Shown piece by piece: positions 55,649 to 64,000 of a stretch of DNA of 64,000 nucleotides. Within the stretch, counting starts at the first letter, position 1. Each line of letters opens with the position of its first letter. Below the pieces are notes generated by a model that was not told where the DNA came from, searched no databases, and was given only the letters and a program-made list of their open reading frames with translations. The position numbers and the translations under genes were made by a program. The DNA comes from Chryseobacterium sp. (GTDB lineage Bacteria; Bacteroidota; Bacteroidia; Flavobacteriales; Weeksellaceae), in the NCBI GenBank assembly GCA_048594965.1, contig JBMDXW010000242.1:411-64410 (forward strand), in the 5' to 3' direction.

Positions 55649-58600
55649 TTATTCAGAACTAAATACTTTTAATGATTCAGAACTGAATTTTAATGTATGG
55701 TCAGCAAGGTTTATCATTCCGGTTTTCATCTGACAGAAAATGACAGTGCCGGGAAGTTGTTCCAGCGAACCGATGTCAAAATTTTCGTCCGAAATCAGCA
55801 GTACGTCAATCTTTTTATTAATCTCAGTACGATCTTTTATATAACTTATTTTTCTTCTTTTTACCAGATAATTCTGCTCGGCAACCTGTCGTCTTTCATC
55901 ATTTTTCATCAGGGTGAAAATGTTTCTTCCTGCTTGCTGGAGGGTCAGTAATACATCTTTCTGTCCAAAATCATTGGCTATATGGAGGATATTCGCTTCT
56001 TTCGGAATGTGCTTATTCAGCTCAAAATAAACGGTTTTATTCTCATGGAAATCAGCCTTCACTTCACTTACCACTTCATTGTCTTTATATAAAAAACTTA
56101 AAAAGAGTTTTTTCTTAAAATAATTTTCATCTTCAAGTTCTGCTCTTAAAGCAGCAAATTCTTTTCTGAAATGGGCATTGATCTTTTTTGCCCTTTCTGA
56201 ATAACTTGATCCAAAACTTACATCTTCCTTTTTTATCCTTTCACCAATTTTCACCGTTATTGAGCCGTCGTAGATGATAAAATCACCCTTAGGCAAAACT
56301 TCGGAATTTCCATGGATATACATCGGTAAAATGTCCAGGTTGAATTGTTCAGCCAGATAAAATGCTCCTTTATGAAACCTTTTAATATTATTGGTGTAAG
56401 AGCGTTCTGCCTCAGGAAACACTACCAGCGAATAGCCCTGATCGATCTTTTCCTGCAGTTTGCTCACCCCGTTTTCAATACCCTGAGATACCGGATAGCA
56501 GCCCAGTGCCTTTACCATTTTCCCGAAAACAGGAGACTGATAAACCCAGTCATTAACAAGATAAACGATCTTATGGGTGGCCATTGCAACAGCTAAAGTA
56601 TCCAGAAATGACGTATGATTCGCAATGATAACAGCTGGTGTACTGAAATCTTCTTTCGTGATTTTAATGATCTTTTTCCTTACCCATGGATTCGTAAAAA
56701 GCACGGAAGTTAAAAATTTAGCAGAAATTAATTTGAAAAAGTTAAGCGTATTTCCTTTTGCATTTTTTGTGAAAGGGCTGATGATCAGAGAAAAGAACAA
56801 GCCACCCAATCCGTAATACAGAAAAGAAAGCATCGAATGCAAAAACAGTCTGAACGTAATCGGTGAAAGTCCTTTTCTCGCTCTGTCGGTAATCAGCAAC
56901 CTGAACCAGAAAGGATACAGGGTTGACGTAATAATGATCACTGAAAACATTCCGATCAGGGCGACCAACGCCAGCGAATGAAGTGCAGGATGTTTCGCAA
57001 AAATCAAGGAGCCGATCGATAATATAGTCGTGAAGACAGCCAGAATAATGGACGTCCGGTACGTCGGAAGCTCATTTTTTCCGGTCGTGTGCTCTTTCTG
57101 CATGGCCTGTGTAAGGAAAATACTGAAATCATCACCCACACCGAATACCAGCGTACAGACCACGGTGCTGAAAATATTGAGTTCGAGCCCCAAAAAGTAT
57201 AAAATTCCTGCCGTCACGATTCCCGTTAGAACAATCGGGAACATCGTAAGAACCGTCAGTTCAAAATTCCTGAAAAAGACGATGATGGTAAGAATAATGG
57301 CTAAAAGAGAATAATTGATCAGGGTATTGAAATCTCTTTTCAGCAACCCGAGAAAATTTTCATTCATCTGCTGGCGGTCAATAGCCAGAACATCGTGTTT
57401 TTTTCCAATATCTTTAATGAAAACATCTCTTTTGTCTTCATCAACTTTCACTACATTCGAAACCGTAAAGAACCCGTTTTCCTCGCTCAGGAATTCGGAT
57501 ACCTGGAGCGCTTTTATTTTTTCGTAATCTTTAAGGTTTAATGGGGCGTAGTTTTTGTTTAAATGATCATTAAACTCGTTGAAGGCCGCACTGTTAAAGC
57601 CATATTTATTTCCGTTCCTGATGAGCTCTGAGATTGTTGACGCTTTTTTTCCGTCAGTCCAGAATTCATTCCATTCTTTTATTTTTTTATCCTGGTCTCT
57701 TTTTGATAAAACCACCTTTCCCAGAGAATTATAGCTCATTATCTTCCCTTCCTGCTTTTCTTTTTCAAGGAAACTGCTGAGCGATGAATTTTTCGTAAGT
57801 GCTTCTTCCGCAGAATTCCCATAAGAAATGGTATAAATAGATTTTGAAGTGAGGTCCGACATCTTTTGCAGTTTCGCCTCGCTGATCTTAAGATCTTTAG
57901 GAATATAATTTAAATCCCCGATGTCTTCATTAAACCCGACATGCCTGAACCCGAAAAGGCAAGCGATAATGATGACGGAACAGCCAATGATCAGGGGTCT
58001 GTTTTTTTCGTAGGGATAAGAACCTATTTTATCGATGAAATTGGTATTGGCTTTATTTTCTTTTTTCGGACGATACAGCTGCGGAACGATAATTAATGCC
58101 GTGACCGAAGAGAAAATTACCGTAATTGCAGCAAAAAGGCCAAGATCCTTTAGCGCTTCCGAGCGTACAAAGACGAGGCACAGAAAAGAAACAGCGGTCG
58201 TCGCACTGCTCAGGATGATAGGCTGGGTGATTTCTTTGTACAGCTCTTCGATATTATTGTTGTGCTTGTAATGGGTAAGGATATGAAGCGCATAATCAAT
58301 CGTAATCCCGATCAGGATCGCTCCCACACTTAGTGAAATGGCTGAAATTTTATCTTTAATAAAGTATAAGATCAGCAATGCCAGCAGAACCGAGAAAACC
58401 GTCGGGAGAAAAACAATGATCGGCGTAAAGAAATTCCGGAAATAATAAATCAGTAAAATAAGGAGTACCGTCATTGAGATCATTACAGTGTTCTGAATGT
58501 CTTTTTTGATCTGTTGGGCATTGGCAACCGCGATCACCGGCGAACCGAAATAACTGATCTCTGTTTTTCCTCTAAACTGTTTGTTGAGCTGATCTTTTAT

Positions 58601-59299
58601 TTCATCAAGTTGAGTAATGAAAGCTTCATTGTGTTTGGTGTCGTTGCTCTTGTTTTTCGGATCGATGAAAAGAAGCAGATTTTTCCCGTCTTTGGTAACG
58701 ATATAGCTGTTTTCGAGTTTAAAGTCCTTACTGATATTAAGTGCGTTCAATTTTTTGATGCCTAAAAAAGTAATTCCCAGCGGATCTTTTTTAATGAACT
58801 CCTTGGTCACTAAACTTGTGGGGGAAGCCAGTGAAATATAATTGCTCTCCACCTGCCTGGCGATACTGTCTTTATCGAGCTTTCGGGCAATTTCCCGGTA
58901 GTCCTTCCCGTCTAAAAATAATGGGAGATTGCGGTTGACAAAGTCAAAAGTCTCGGAAATCTCATGGTCATTTACTTTTCCCTGAACAGAGCCGATATAT
59001 TTTTTTAAAGGTTCCGTTTTCTGAAGAAAGACGTCGGCCGTCTCGGAAAGCTGGAAATTATCTTCCTTCGATTTATTTTCAATAATGACAATGATTTTGT
59101 CTGAAAAGTTGAGCTGCTTAAGAACTTTTGCCGTAAGGTCCGATTTTTCATTCTTCGGAATGATCTGATTGATGTCTTCTTCAAAGTTGATTTTGGAAGC
59201 GAAGAAGCCGCATACCACAGCGATTCCCACTGCAAACAGTATGGATAGAAGCCTGTTTTTGGAAATCAGGTAATATAAAAAAATGAAGAAACGATGCAT
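55649..59299 (-). CDS. Fusion protein: MMPL/RND-type transporter + PlsC-type acyltransferase + about 190-aa C-terminal domain of unknown function
   Basis: 1216 aa. Two blocks of about 5-6 TM segments separated by soluble loops. The acyltransferase motifs ANHTSFLD (HX4D) and VVFPEAERS follow. Confidence 0.8.
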   Translation of the reverse strand: MHRFFIFLYYLISKNRLLSILFAVGIAVVCGFFASKINFEEDINQIIPKNEKSDLTAKVLKQLNFSDKIIVIIENKSKEDNFQLSETADVFLQKTEPLKKYIGSVQGKVNDHEISETFDFVNRNLPLFLDGKDYREIARKLDKDSIARQVESNYISLASPTSLVTKEFIKKDPLGITFLGIKKLNALNISKDFKLENSYIVTKDGKNLLLFIDPKNKSNDTKHNEAFITQLDEIKDQLNKQFRGKTEISYFGSPVIAVANAQQIKKDIQNTVMISMTVLLILLIYYFRNFFTPIIVFLPTVFSVLLALLILYFIKDKISAISLSVGAILIGITIDYALHILTHYKHNNNIEELYKEITQPIILSSATTAVSFLCLVFVRSEALKDLGLFAAITVIFSSVTALIIVPQLYRPKKENKANTNFIDKIGSYPYEKNRPLIIGCSVIIIACLFGFRHVGFNEDIGDLNYIPKDLKISEAKLQKMSDLTSKSIYTISYGNSAEEALTKNSSLSSFLEKEKQEGKIMSYNSLGKVVLSKRDQDKKIKEWNEFWTDGKKASTISELIRNGNKYGFNSAAFNEFNDHLNKNYAPLNLKDYEKIKALQVSEFLSEENGFFTVSNVVKVDEDKRDVFIKDIGKKHDVLAIDRQQMNENFLGLLKRDFNTLINYSLLAIILTIIVFFRNFELTVLTMFPIVLTGIVTAGILYFLGLELNIFSTVVCTLVFGVGDDFSIFLTQAMQKEHTTGKNELPTYRTSIILAVFTTILSIGSLIFAKHPALHSLALVALIGMFSVIIITSTLYPFWFRLLITDRARKGLSPITFRLFLHSMLSFLYYGLGGLFFSLIISPFTKNAKGNTLNFFKLISAKFLTSVLFTNPWVRKKIIKITKEDFSTPAVIIANHTSFLDTLAVAMATHKIVYLVNDWVYQSPVFGKMVKALGCYPVSQGIENGVSKLQEKIDQGYSLVVFPEAERSYTNNIKRFHKGAFYLAEQFNLDILPMYIHGNSEVLPKGDFIIYDGSITVKIGERIKKEDVSFGSSYSERAKKINAHFRKEFAALRAELEDENYFKKKLFLSFLYKDNEVVSEVKADFHENKTVYFELNKHIPKEANILHIANDFGQKDVLLTLQQAGRNIFTLMKNDERRQVAEQNYLVKRRKISYIKDRTEINKKIDVLLISDENFDIGSLEQLPGTVIFCQMKTGMINLADHTLKFSSESLKVFSSE

Positions 59300-59320
59300 C
59301 AGATTACTAAATCAAGTTTG

Positions 59321-59328
59321 CAAATTTA
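59321..59328 (-). promoter_or_regulatory. Candidate -7 promoter box for the long minus-strand operon
   Basis: CAAATTTA on the plus strand equals TAAATTTG on the minus strand, an exact TAnnTTTG match 22-29 nt upstream of the ATG at 59299. Confidence 0.3.
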
Positions 59329-59411
59329 ATTTTTTCAGTACAGTCTGAAAATTTTTAACATAAGTTTGTCTGAAAATCAACAAAATATTTATTTAAAATC
59401 CAAAAAATATA

Positions 59412-59419
59412 TACTTTTG
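59412..59419 (+). promoter_or_regulatory. Candidate -7 promoter box for the 59474 membrane-protein gene
   Basis: TACTTTTG is an exact TAnnTTTG match, 55 nt upstream of the ATG. Confidence 0.3.
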
Positions 59420-59473
59420 TAAAAGTTCCCTATTAATGACGTAAAAAAAGCCGGGCCGTTGCCTGGAATTATT

Positions 59474-60481
59474 ATGCTTAAAACATTTGATGAAAAAATA
59501 AACGGATTTCTATTCGTGATCGTACTCCCGTTCCTCCTGTTTTTCATGTCTTACTACGGATTTGAATCTTCTTATGTCGTAGGCATCAGATTTTGGAAAA
59601 AAACTCCGGATTTCATGTTTTCGTCGGTCTATGCCTATCGGGTCATTCCCAATTATTTAAGTGTTCATGTAACGGAAGCGTTTACATTCGCCGTCGATAA
59701 TTATGTGCCTTTTGCGAAGGACTTTCTTTTAAAACAAGGTTCGTTATTCTATCACAGTACTTTTCTGATCAATCTTTTCTTTTTTATTTTGACCTCCGTT
59801 TTTTTAGATAAAATTTTAAACCTAAAACCAGGGCGGCTTCTGCTAAATGAAAATGTAAGAAGAATGATTCACCTGATTGCCGTATTTTTTATGGTGATCG
59901 TACAGTATGTTCCGACAAACTGTGATTGTATCGCAATTTTTTTTTATGTCCTGGGAATTTTTTTTACCCTTAAATATCTACATGAAAATAAACCGCAGTA
60001 TCTTGTTTGCCTGGCTGTGGTTATATTTATTTCTACCTGTGTAAGAGAAACGGCTTGCCTAAATATTGCTTTTTTTGCTGCGCTATTTGTTGATACTGAT
60101 CAGCTCAGAAGAGGAAATTTTGTTGCAGTACAACATGTTTTTATGCTCGCCCTTGCTTTTATCGTACCGTACGTCGGTTTACGGATGATCATTCATCAGC
60201 ACACCTCCTTTGCGGAAGGAATTTATATAGTTAAAAATTTTACGAGTCCTTACAATCTTCTGGGCCTTTTATTTGGTTTGCTCAGCATCTGCTTCAGTTA
60301 TAAAATGTCCGAAAAAGCCGGAAAATTACTGATTACAAAATATCTCATATTCTCGTCACCTTATATTGTCATGATTGCTTCGGTAGGGCTTTTCTGGGAA
60401 ACAAGGCTTTTCCTGCCCCTCATTCTCACAGGAATCATAGCCGCTTCACAAAATAAAGAGCTTAAGGCAGCAGGAAGTTAG
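59474..60481 (+). CDS. Polytopic membrane protein of unknown function
   Basis: About 9-10 hydrophobic segments and no soluble domain. ATG at 59474 preferred over the TTG at 59459. Confidence 0.55.
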   Translation: MLKTFDEKINGFLFVIVLPFLLFFMSYYGFESSYVVGIRFWKKTPDFMFSSVYAYRVIPNYLSVHVTEAFTFAVDNYVPFAKDFLLKQGSLFYHSTFLINLFFFILTSVFLDKILNLKPGRLLLNENVRRMIHLIAVFFMVIVQYVPTNCDCIAIFFYVLGIFFTLKYLHENKPQYLVCLAVVIFISTCVRETACLNIAFFAALFVDTDQLRRGNFVAVQHVFMLALAFIVPYVGLRMIIHQHTSFAEGIYIVKNFTSPYNLLGLLFGLLSICFSYKMSEKAGKLLITKYLIFSSPYIVMIASVGLFWETRLFLPLILTGIIAASQNKELKAAGS

Positions 60482-61598
60482 AATAGGTGTCAACTGTGAA
60501 TTTTCCCCTTTCGATATTTTTAAAAAATGAAAAAACGGCAAAGTTGAAGAGGCAGTAGAATATGATGATGCCGTGTATTATTTTTCGGTTGCCGCTACTA
60601 GACGAATACATGGCATATGGCATTAAATATCCTGTTGCCGTAAAAAATATACCGGTAAGCCGCGAAGAAAACATGGTGCTTCCTCGGAAGATAAAAAAGA
60701 AGCATATTCCCAAAACACAAAAATTTCTCATATATTCATAGTAGGGATACCTTTCTTTCATTTTGTTGTCAAAGGCAAACAAGAAGATCGCTGAAAGAAT
60801 CGCATTTCCTTCGGGAACACCAATTGATCCATTCAGCCTTTCGCCGGTATTGTTTACATTGATATAATTGGTGAAGCCGGTCATTAAACTGCTTTCCTCA
60901 GGAAGAAAGCTGCCCAGGTATTTATATATTTCAAAGGGTGAAAGAATTATCGACCCTATAATGGCGGTGGCCATCACCGTTTTGTTTAGTGGGATTCTGG
61001 CGAGCCAGTACATAGGCAGGAAAAATATACATACGTTATGGATTCCCATTGCTATATAAATGCAGATAAGATAGTACCAGACTTTTCTTTCCTTAATAAA
61101 ACGTATCGAAAAATAGCAGATAATCGTACCCAGCGCCTGCCGCATCTGGCCGTTTTCACCAATGAAAAAGCTCGGAAAAAAGAACAGCAGGATCGTCGTA
61201 TAGGGATAGAGCGAATTTTCTCTAATGTTTAAATAATTTAAAGGAATCGAAATAAGGGCCAGAAAAAAGGTGACCACATAAAATGGAGGTGCCAGGAAAA
61301 TATCAAAGATCAGTTTATTGATGAGAATGTACAGCCATTCCATATCCAGTGGGCTGTCAAGCTTTAGGGCCTTCCTGAAAATATCGGGGTACTGGGTATG
61401 CGAACTGTACCATAAATAAATGTTTTTATAGCTCCCGTAATCGGGGCCCGCATCTCTGAAGCCGACAACAAGGATCAGCCATGCTGCAATGGGAATCAGG
61501 TATTTTATACTTGGTTTTTCGTCCCGGTAGGCTTCGGCAAAGCTCAGGCATAGAATAATAAGGAAGGGAACCAGATAATAAGGGTGCAATAGATGCAT
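60462..61598 (-). CDS. EpsG-family-like polytopic membrane protein (putative polysaccharide polymerase)
   Basis: About 10-11 TM segments. The N-terminal region FRDAGPDYGSYKNIY and overall layout resemble EpsG/O-antigen-polymerase-like proteins. Confidence 0.6.
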   Translation of the reverse strand: MHLLHPYYLVPFLIILCLSFAEAYRDEKPSIKYLIPIAAWLILVVGFRDAGPDYGSYKNIYLWYSSHTQYPDIFRKALKLDSPLDMEWLYILINKLIFDIFLAPPFYVVTFFLALISIPLNYLNIRENSLYPYTTILLFFFPSFFIGENGQMRQALGTIICYFSIRFIKERKVWYYLICIYIAMGIHNVCIFFLPMYWLARIPLNKTVMATAIIGSIILSPFEIYKYLGSFLPEESSLMTGFTNYINVNNTGERLNGSIGVPEGNAILSAIFLFAFDNKMKERYPYYEYMRNFCVLGICFFFIFRGSTMFSSRLTGIFFTATGYLMPYAMYSSSSGNRKIIHGIIIFYCLFNFAVFSFFKNIERGKFTVDTYSNFLLP

Positions 61599-61627
61599 AC
61601 ATTTGTGTTTTTCAAAGTCTGTGTATG

Positions 61628-61635
61628 CAAAAGTA
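61628..61635 (-). promoter_or_regulatory. Candidate -7 promoter box for the EpsG-like gene
   Basis: CAAAAGTA on the plus strand equals TACTTTTG on the minus strand, an exact TAnnTTTG match 30-37 nt upstream of the ATG at 61598. Confidence 0.3.
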
Positions 61636-61754
61636 ATGAAATAATTAATATAAAAAGGTTGAAAATAAGCAAAACCTTAAAAGAAATTGCGTAATTTAGC
61701 GAATCTGATAAAACACAATTTAAAAACACATTAATTCTAACAGGACCAGGTTTA

Positions 61755-62906
61755 ATGATGAAAAAAAACACAATAGATTATACATCCGTTCTCTTTCTTA
61801 CCATCTCTACGTTTTTATGTATTGTTAAAATTTATGCGGCTTACCGCATCTGCAACGGATACGCCTTTGCCGACTGGCTGATCAATTATCAGGAGTCGGG
61901 ATTCACGCGGCGAGGGTTGCCCGGAACCGTTTCTGTTTTTCTGTACCAGGTATTTTCGGTAAAGATCCAGTATACTGTTTTCTTCATTCAGACCATCGTG
62001 TATGGATTGTTCTTTTATTTTCTTTATAAGCTTTTAAGATTTAAAAAAGCGAACCTCATGGATGTTCTGTTTCTCTTTACCCCTTTTTGCCTGTGGGGAT
62101 TTTTTTCAGATCCTGCCATTGGCGCTCGGAAAGATGGTGTTTTATGGCTGATGTTTACGGCTTATGTCTATTATATCGCACAGCATAAGCTGACTAAAAC
62201 AAAAGAATATGTTTTTACGGTCCTGTTTGCCGTTTCGGTTTTTATTCATGAAAGCTTTCTTTTTTATGCCCAGTATTTTTTGATTGCTCTTTATTTTCAG
62301 AACAGAAAGATCGATATTAAAAAGTGCGCACTCATTTTACTTTCCTTTTATGTTCCGGCCGGAATTATTGTGATGACAGGAATGAACAGCAATTATCCCA
62401 AAACACTACATTTGATTCAGGAATGCGGGATCGAGCTGCAAAAGGAGAATATTTTCCAATGGAAAGAAACGCAGCTTGTGAAAGTCGATTACTTTACCGG
62501 AGAAATTAAAAACCTGAGCCTTTATGGTATCAGTGTAATGCTTCAGATGGTATTTATTATTTTTTATATGTTTCTGAAAGAAATTGCCCCTCAGGAAAGA
62601 AAACGGCTTTTACTCACATTTGCATTGGCTTTTCTAATGAGCATACCGCTGTTTCTGATTGCTATCGATACGGGAAGGTGGTTCTACAATAATTTTATTC
62701 TTTTTCAAATACTGCTTATTTCCCTGGCTCCTGTTTCCGATATGAAATTTTTTGATTTGCAAATGATAAAAAACCGCGGGGTATTCGTATTTATTGCTCT
62801 CACATTAGTCGCCGTTTTTGTATACAGAGTGCCCTCAGCGCTGATCGGAATACAAATCGGATTGCCGCTAAGATTTTTTCTTGACCTGCTGAATATTCAT
62901 TTTTAA
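61755..62906 (+). CDS. Polytopic membrane protein, paralog family A (copy 1)
   Basis: About 10 TM segments. Shares YAFADWLINYQESGFTRRGLPG and AIDTGRWFYN motifs with the next gene. Confidence 0.6.
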   Translation: MMKKNTIDYTSVLFLTISTFLCIVKIYAAYRICNGYAFADWLINYQESGFTRRGLPGTVSVFLYQVFSVKIQYTVFFIQTIVYGLFFYFLYKLLRFKKANLMDVLFLFTPFCLWGFFSDPAIGARKDGVLWLMFTAYVYYIAQHKLTKTKEYVFTVLFAVSVFIHESFLFYAQYFLIALYFQNRKIDIKKCALILLSFYVPAGIIVMTGMNSNYPKTLHLIQECGIELQKENIFQWKETQLVKVDYFTGEIKNLSLYGISVMLQMVFIIFYMFLKEIAPQERKRLLLTFALAFLMSIPLFLIAIDTGRWFYNNFILFQILLISLAPVSDMKFFDLQMIKNRGVFVFIALTLVAVFVYRVPSALIGIQIGLPLRFFLDLLNIHF

Positions 62907-62957
62907 TGCTGGCTAATGAATAGCTGACAGGCTCCATTTTAATTAAAAAAACACACG

Positions 62958-64000
62958 ATGATAGAAAACCTTACCCGATATTTTAATGTCAAAACCTTTA
63001 TTTACTTTTTAATTACAGTAACCGCAGTTTACACGCTTGCCTTCACCTTTTACTATAATTTTAAAGACGATGGTTATATTCTTGCAGATTGGCTGATCAA
63101 CTACCAGGACGGCGGATTCAAAAGACGGGGCTTGTCAGGGAGTTTTTTCTTCCTGCTGCAGGATTTCACGGGCTTAAGACTGAATTACCTGGTGTATTTT
63201 TTTCAGTTTGTCATTATCTCAGGATTTTTTCTGCTGTATACCAAACTTATCCGGTATAAAATGACCGATTTGCTCTACTTGTCTCTTTTATTATCACCGC
63301 TCGGTTTTATAGGTCTTTTAAATACCGTTACCTATGTCGGCAAAAAAGAATTCATTGTTTTTCTCCTGTTTACCTGGTTTGTATCTACGTTGGATCAGGA
63401 TAAACTTTCAAAGTGTAAAGAATACTTTTTCTGTGGGGCGCTTTTTGTGACTGTTTTTTTACATGAAGTCGCGGTCTTCTATATTCCCTATTTTGCAGTA
63501 GCATTATATCTGAAAACCGGAAACATTCAATATAAAAGGTATGTTAAATTTTTTTTAGCCGTTGGAATTCCTGCTCTTATGATCTTTTTATTCGGGAAAA
63601 ATGTGAACGAGGGAAAGTCACTGTCAATTTTAGCGGACAGAGGCGTTCATCCGGTATATGGAATCTTCTACTGGAAAATTGATGAAAGGCAGTACATTAC
63701 TGATCACAGGAAAGACTACCTTCTATATTTAATTAGCTTCATATTGAGCATACTTCACATCCGTTATTATTTAAAATTTCTAAACAACCGAAAACTTTTA
63801 TCTATAGCGCTAACAGGTACATTTATATTTTCATTACCTCTGTTTTATCTTGCGATAGACTGGGGAAGATGGCTTTATATTCATATGATGATGATGATTG
63901 TTCTTTTTGCTTTAAAATTACCTGAAGGAAGCAATCCATACACTTTTGGGAGAAGTACAGACCGCAGGAAATGGGGTGTCGCGGCATTCATTATTATGGC
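62958..64000 (+). CDS. Polytopic membrane protein, paralog family A (copy 2; 3' end outside window)
   Basis: Hand-translated from the ATG at 62958 and open to the window end. Absent from the ORF track. Motifs YILADWLINYQDGGFKRRGLSG and AIDWGRWLYI match copy 1. Confidence 0.6.
   Translation, partial: MIENLTRYFNVKTFIYFLITVTAVYTLAFTFYYNFKDDGYILADWLINYQDGGFKRRGLSGSFFFLLQDFTGLRLNYLVYFFQFVIISGFFLLYTKLIRYKMTDLLYLSLLLSPLGFIGLLNTVTYVGKKEFIVFLLFTWFVSTLDQDKLSKCKEYFFCGALFVTVFLHEVAVFYIPYFAVALYLKTGNIQYKRYVKFFLAVGIPALMIFLFGKNVNEGKSLSILADRGVHPVYGIFYWKIDERQYITDHRKDYLLYLISFILSILHIRYYLKFLNNRKLLSIALTGTFIFSLPLFYLAIDWGRWLYIHMMMMIVLFALKLPEGSNPYTFGRSTDRRKWGVAAFIIM

Larger units (their letters stand above)
24026..59299. 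other. Flexirubin-type aryl-polyene / dialkylresorcinol pigment biosynthetic gene cluster (about 35 kb), interrupted by accessory genes
   Basis: Co-localised ammonia-lyase, aryl-acid ligase, halogenase, KS/KS-like/ACP/KR/DH sets, DarA-DarB, acyltransferases, LolA-like carrier, and ABC and MMPL exporters. Confidence 0.85.

Noticed and set aside
1-64000. Search for tRNA, rRNA, tmRNA, RNase P, transposase, phage or known defence-system genes
   Set aside because: Reading both strands by eye, I saw no T-arm or anticodon-arm signatures and no rRNA-like conserved blocks. I also saw no DDE or serine-recombinase motifs beyond XerD and no recognisable defence-system enzyme genes. The ParE/RelE pair is the only selfish-element-like module.

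Overview
AT-rich chromosomal segment from a Bacteroidota genome, most likely Flavobacteriales and Chryseobacterium-like. This is inferred from a T9SS C-terminal sorting domain, TAnnTTTG-type promoter boxes, frequent lipoprotein signals and the gene content. All calls come from reading motifs by eye; no searches were run.

Layout:
- 1-23.5 kb: housekeeping genes. These include a TonB-receptor 3' end, acyl-CoA thioesterase, 2-hydroxyacid dehydrogenase, serine hydrolase, NUDIX, xerD, dCMP deaminase, enoyl-CoA hydratase, a divergent catalase/oxyR pair, metK, a sigma-70/ECF factor, HAD hydrolase, trpS, sanA-like, lspA, dksA-like and ileS.
- 24.0-59.3 kb: one large biosynthetic gene cluster with the hallmark content of flexirubin-type aryl-polyene / dialkylresorcinol pigments. 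It holds an aromatic ammonia-lyase, a PaaK-like ligase, a flavin-dependent halogenase, three complete ketosynthases plus two Cys-less KS-like proteins, two ACPs, a ketoreductase and four hotdog proteins (three dehydratase-like, one thioesterase). It also holds DarA/DarB, acyltransferases, a LolA-like carrier, an ABC exporter and an MMPL-PlsC fusion.
- 59.5-64 kb: a locus made only of polytopic membrane proteins (an EpsG-like protein plus tandem paralogs).

The cluster family itself is known. The parts worth a second look:
- a two-gene CxxCH-lipoprotein / FG-GAP-ASPIC T9SS module that splits the cluster
- a ParE/RelE toxin-antitoxin pair wedged inside the KS operon
- a conserved AATGTA/TACATT repeat element directly after both ACP genes
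- other repeat-rich spacers
- a G+C-rich structured spacer at 0.64-0.9 kb

No rRNA, tRNA, CRISPR array, transposase or phage gene was recognised.
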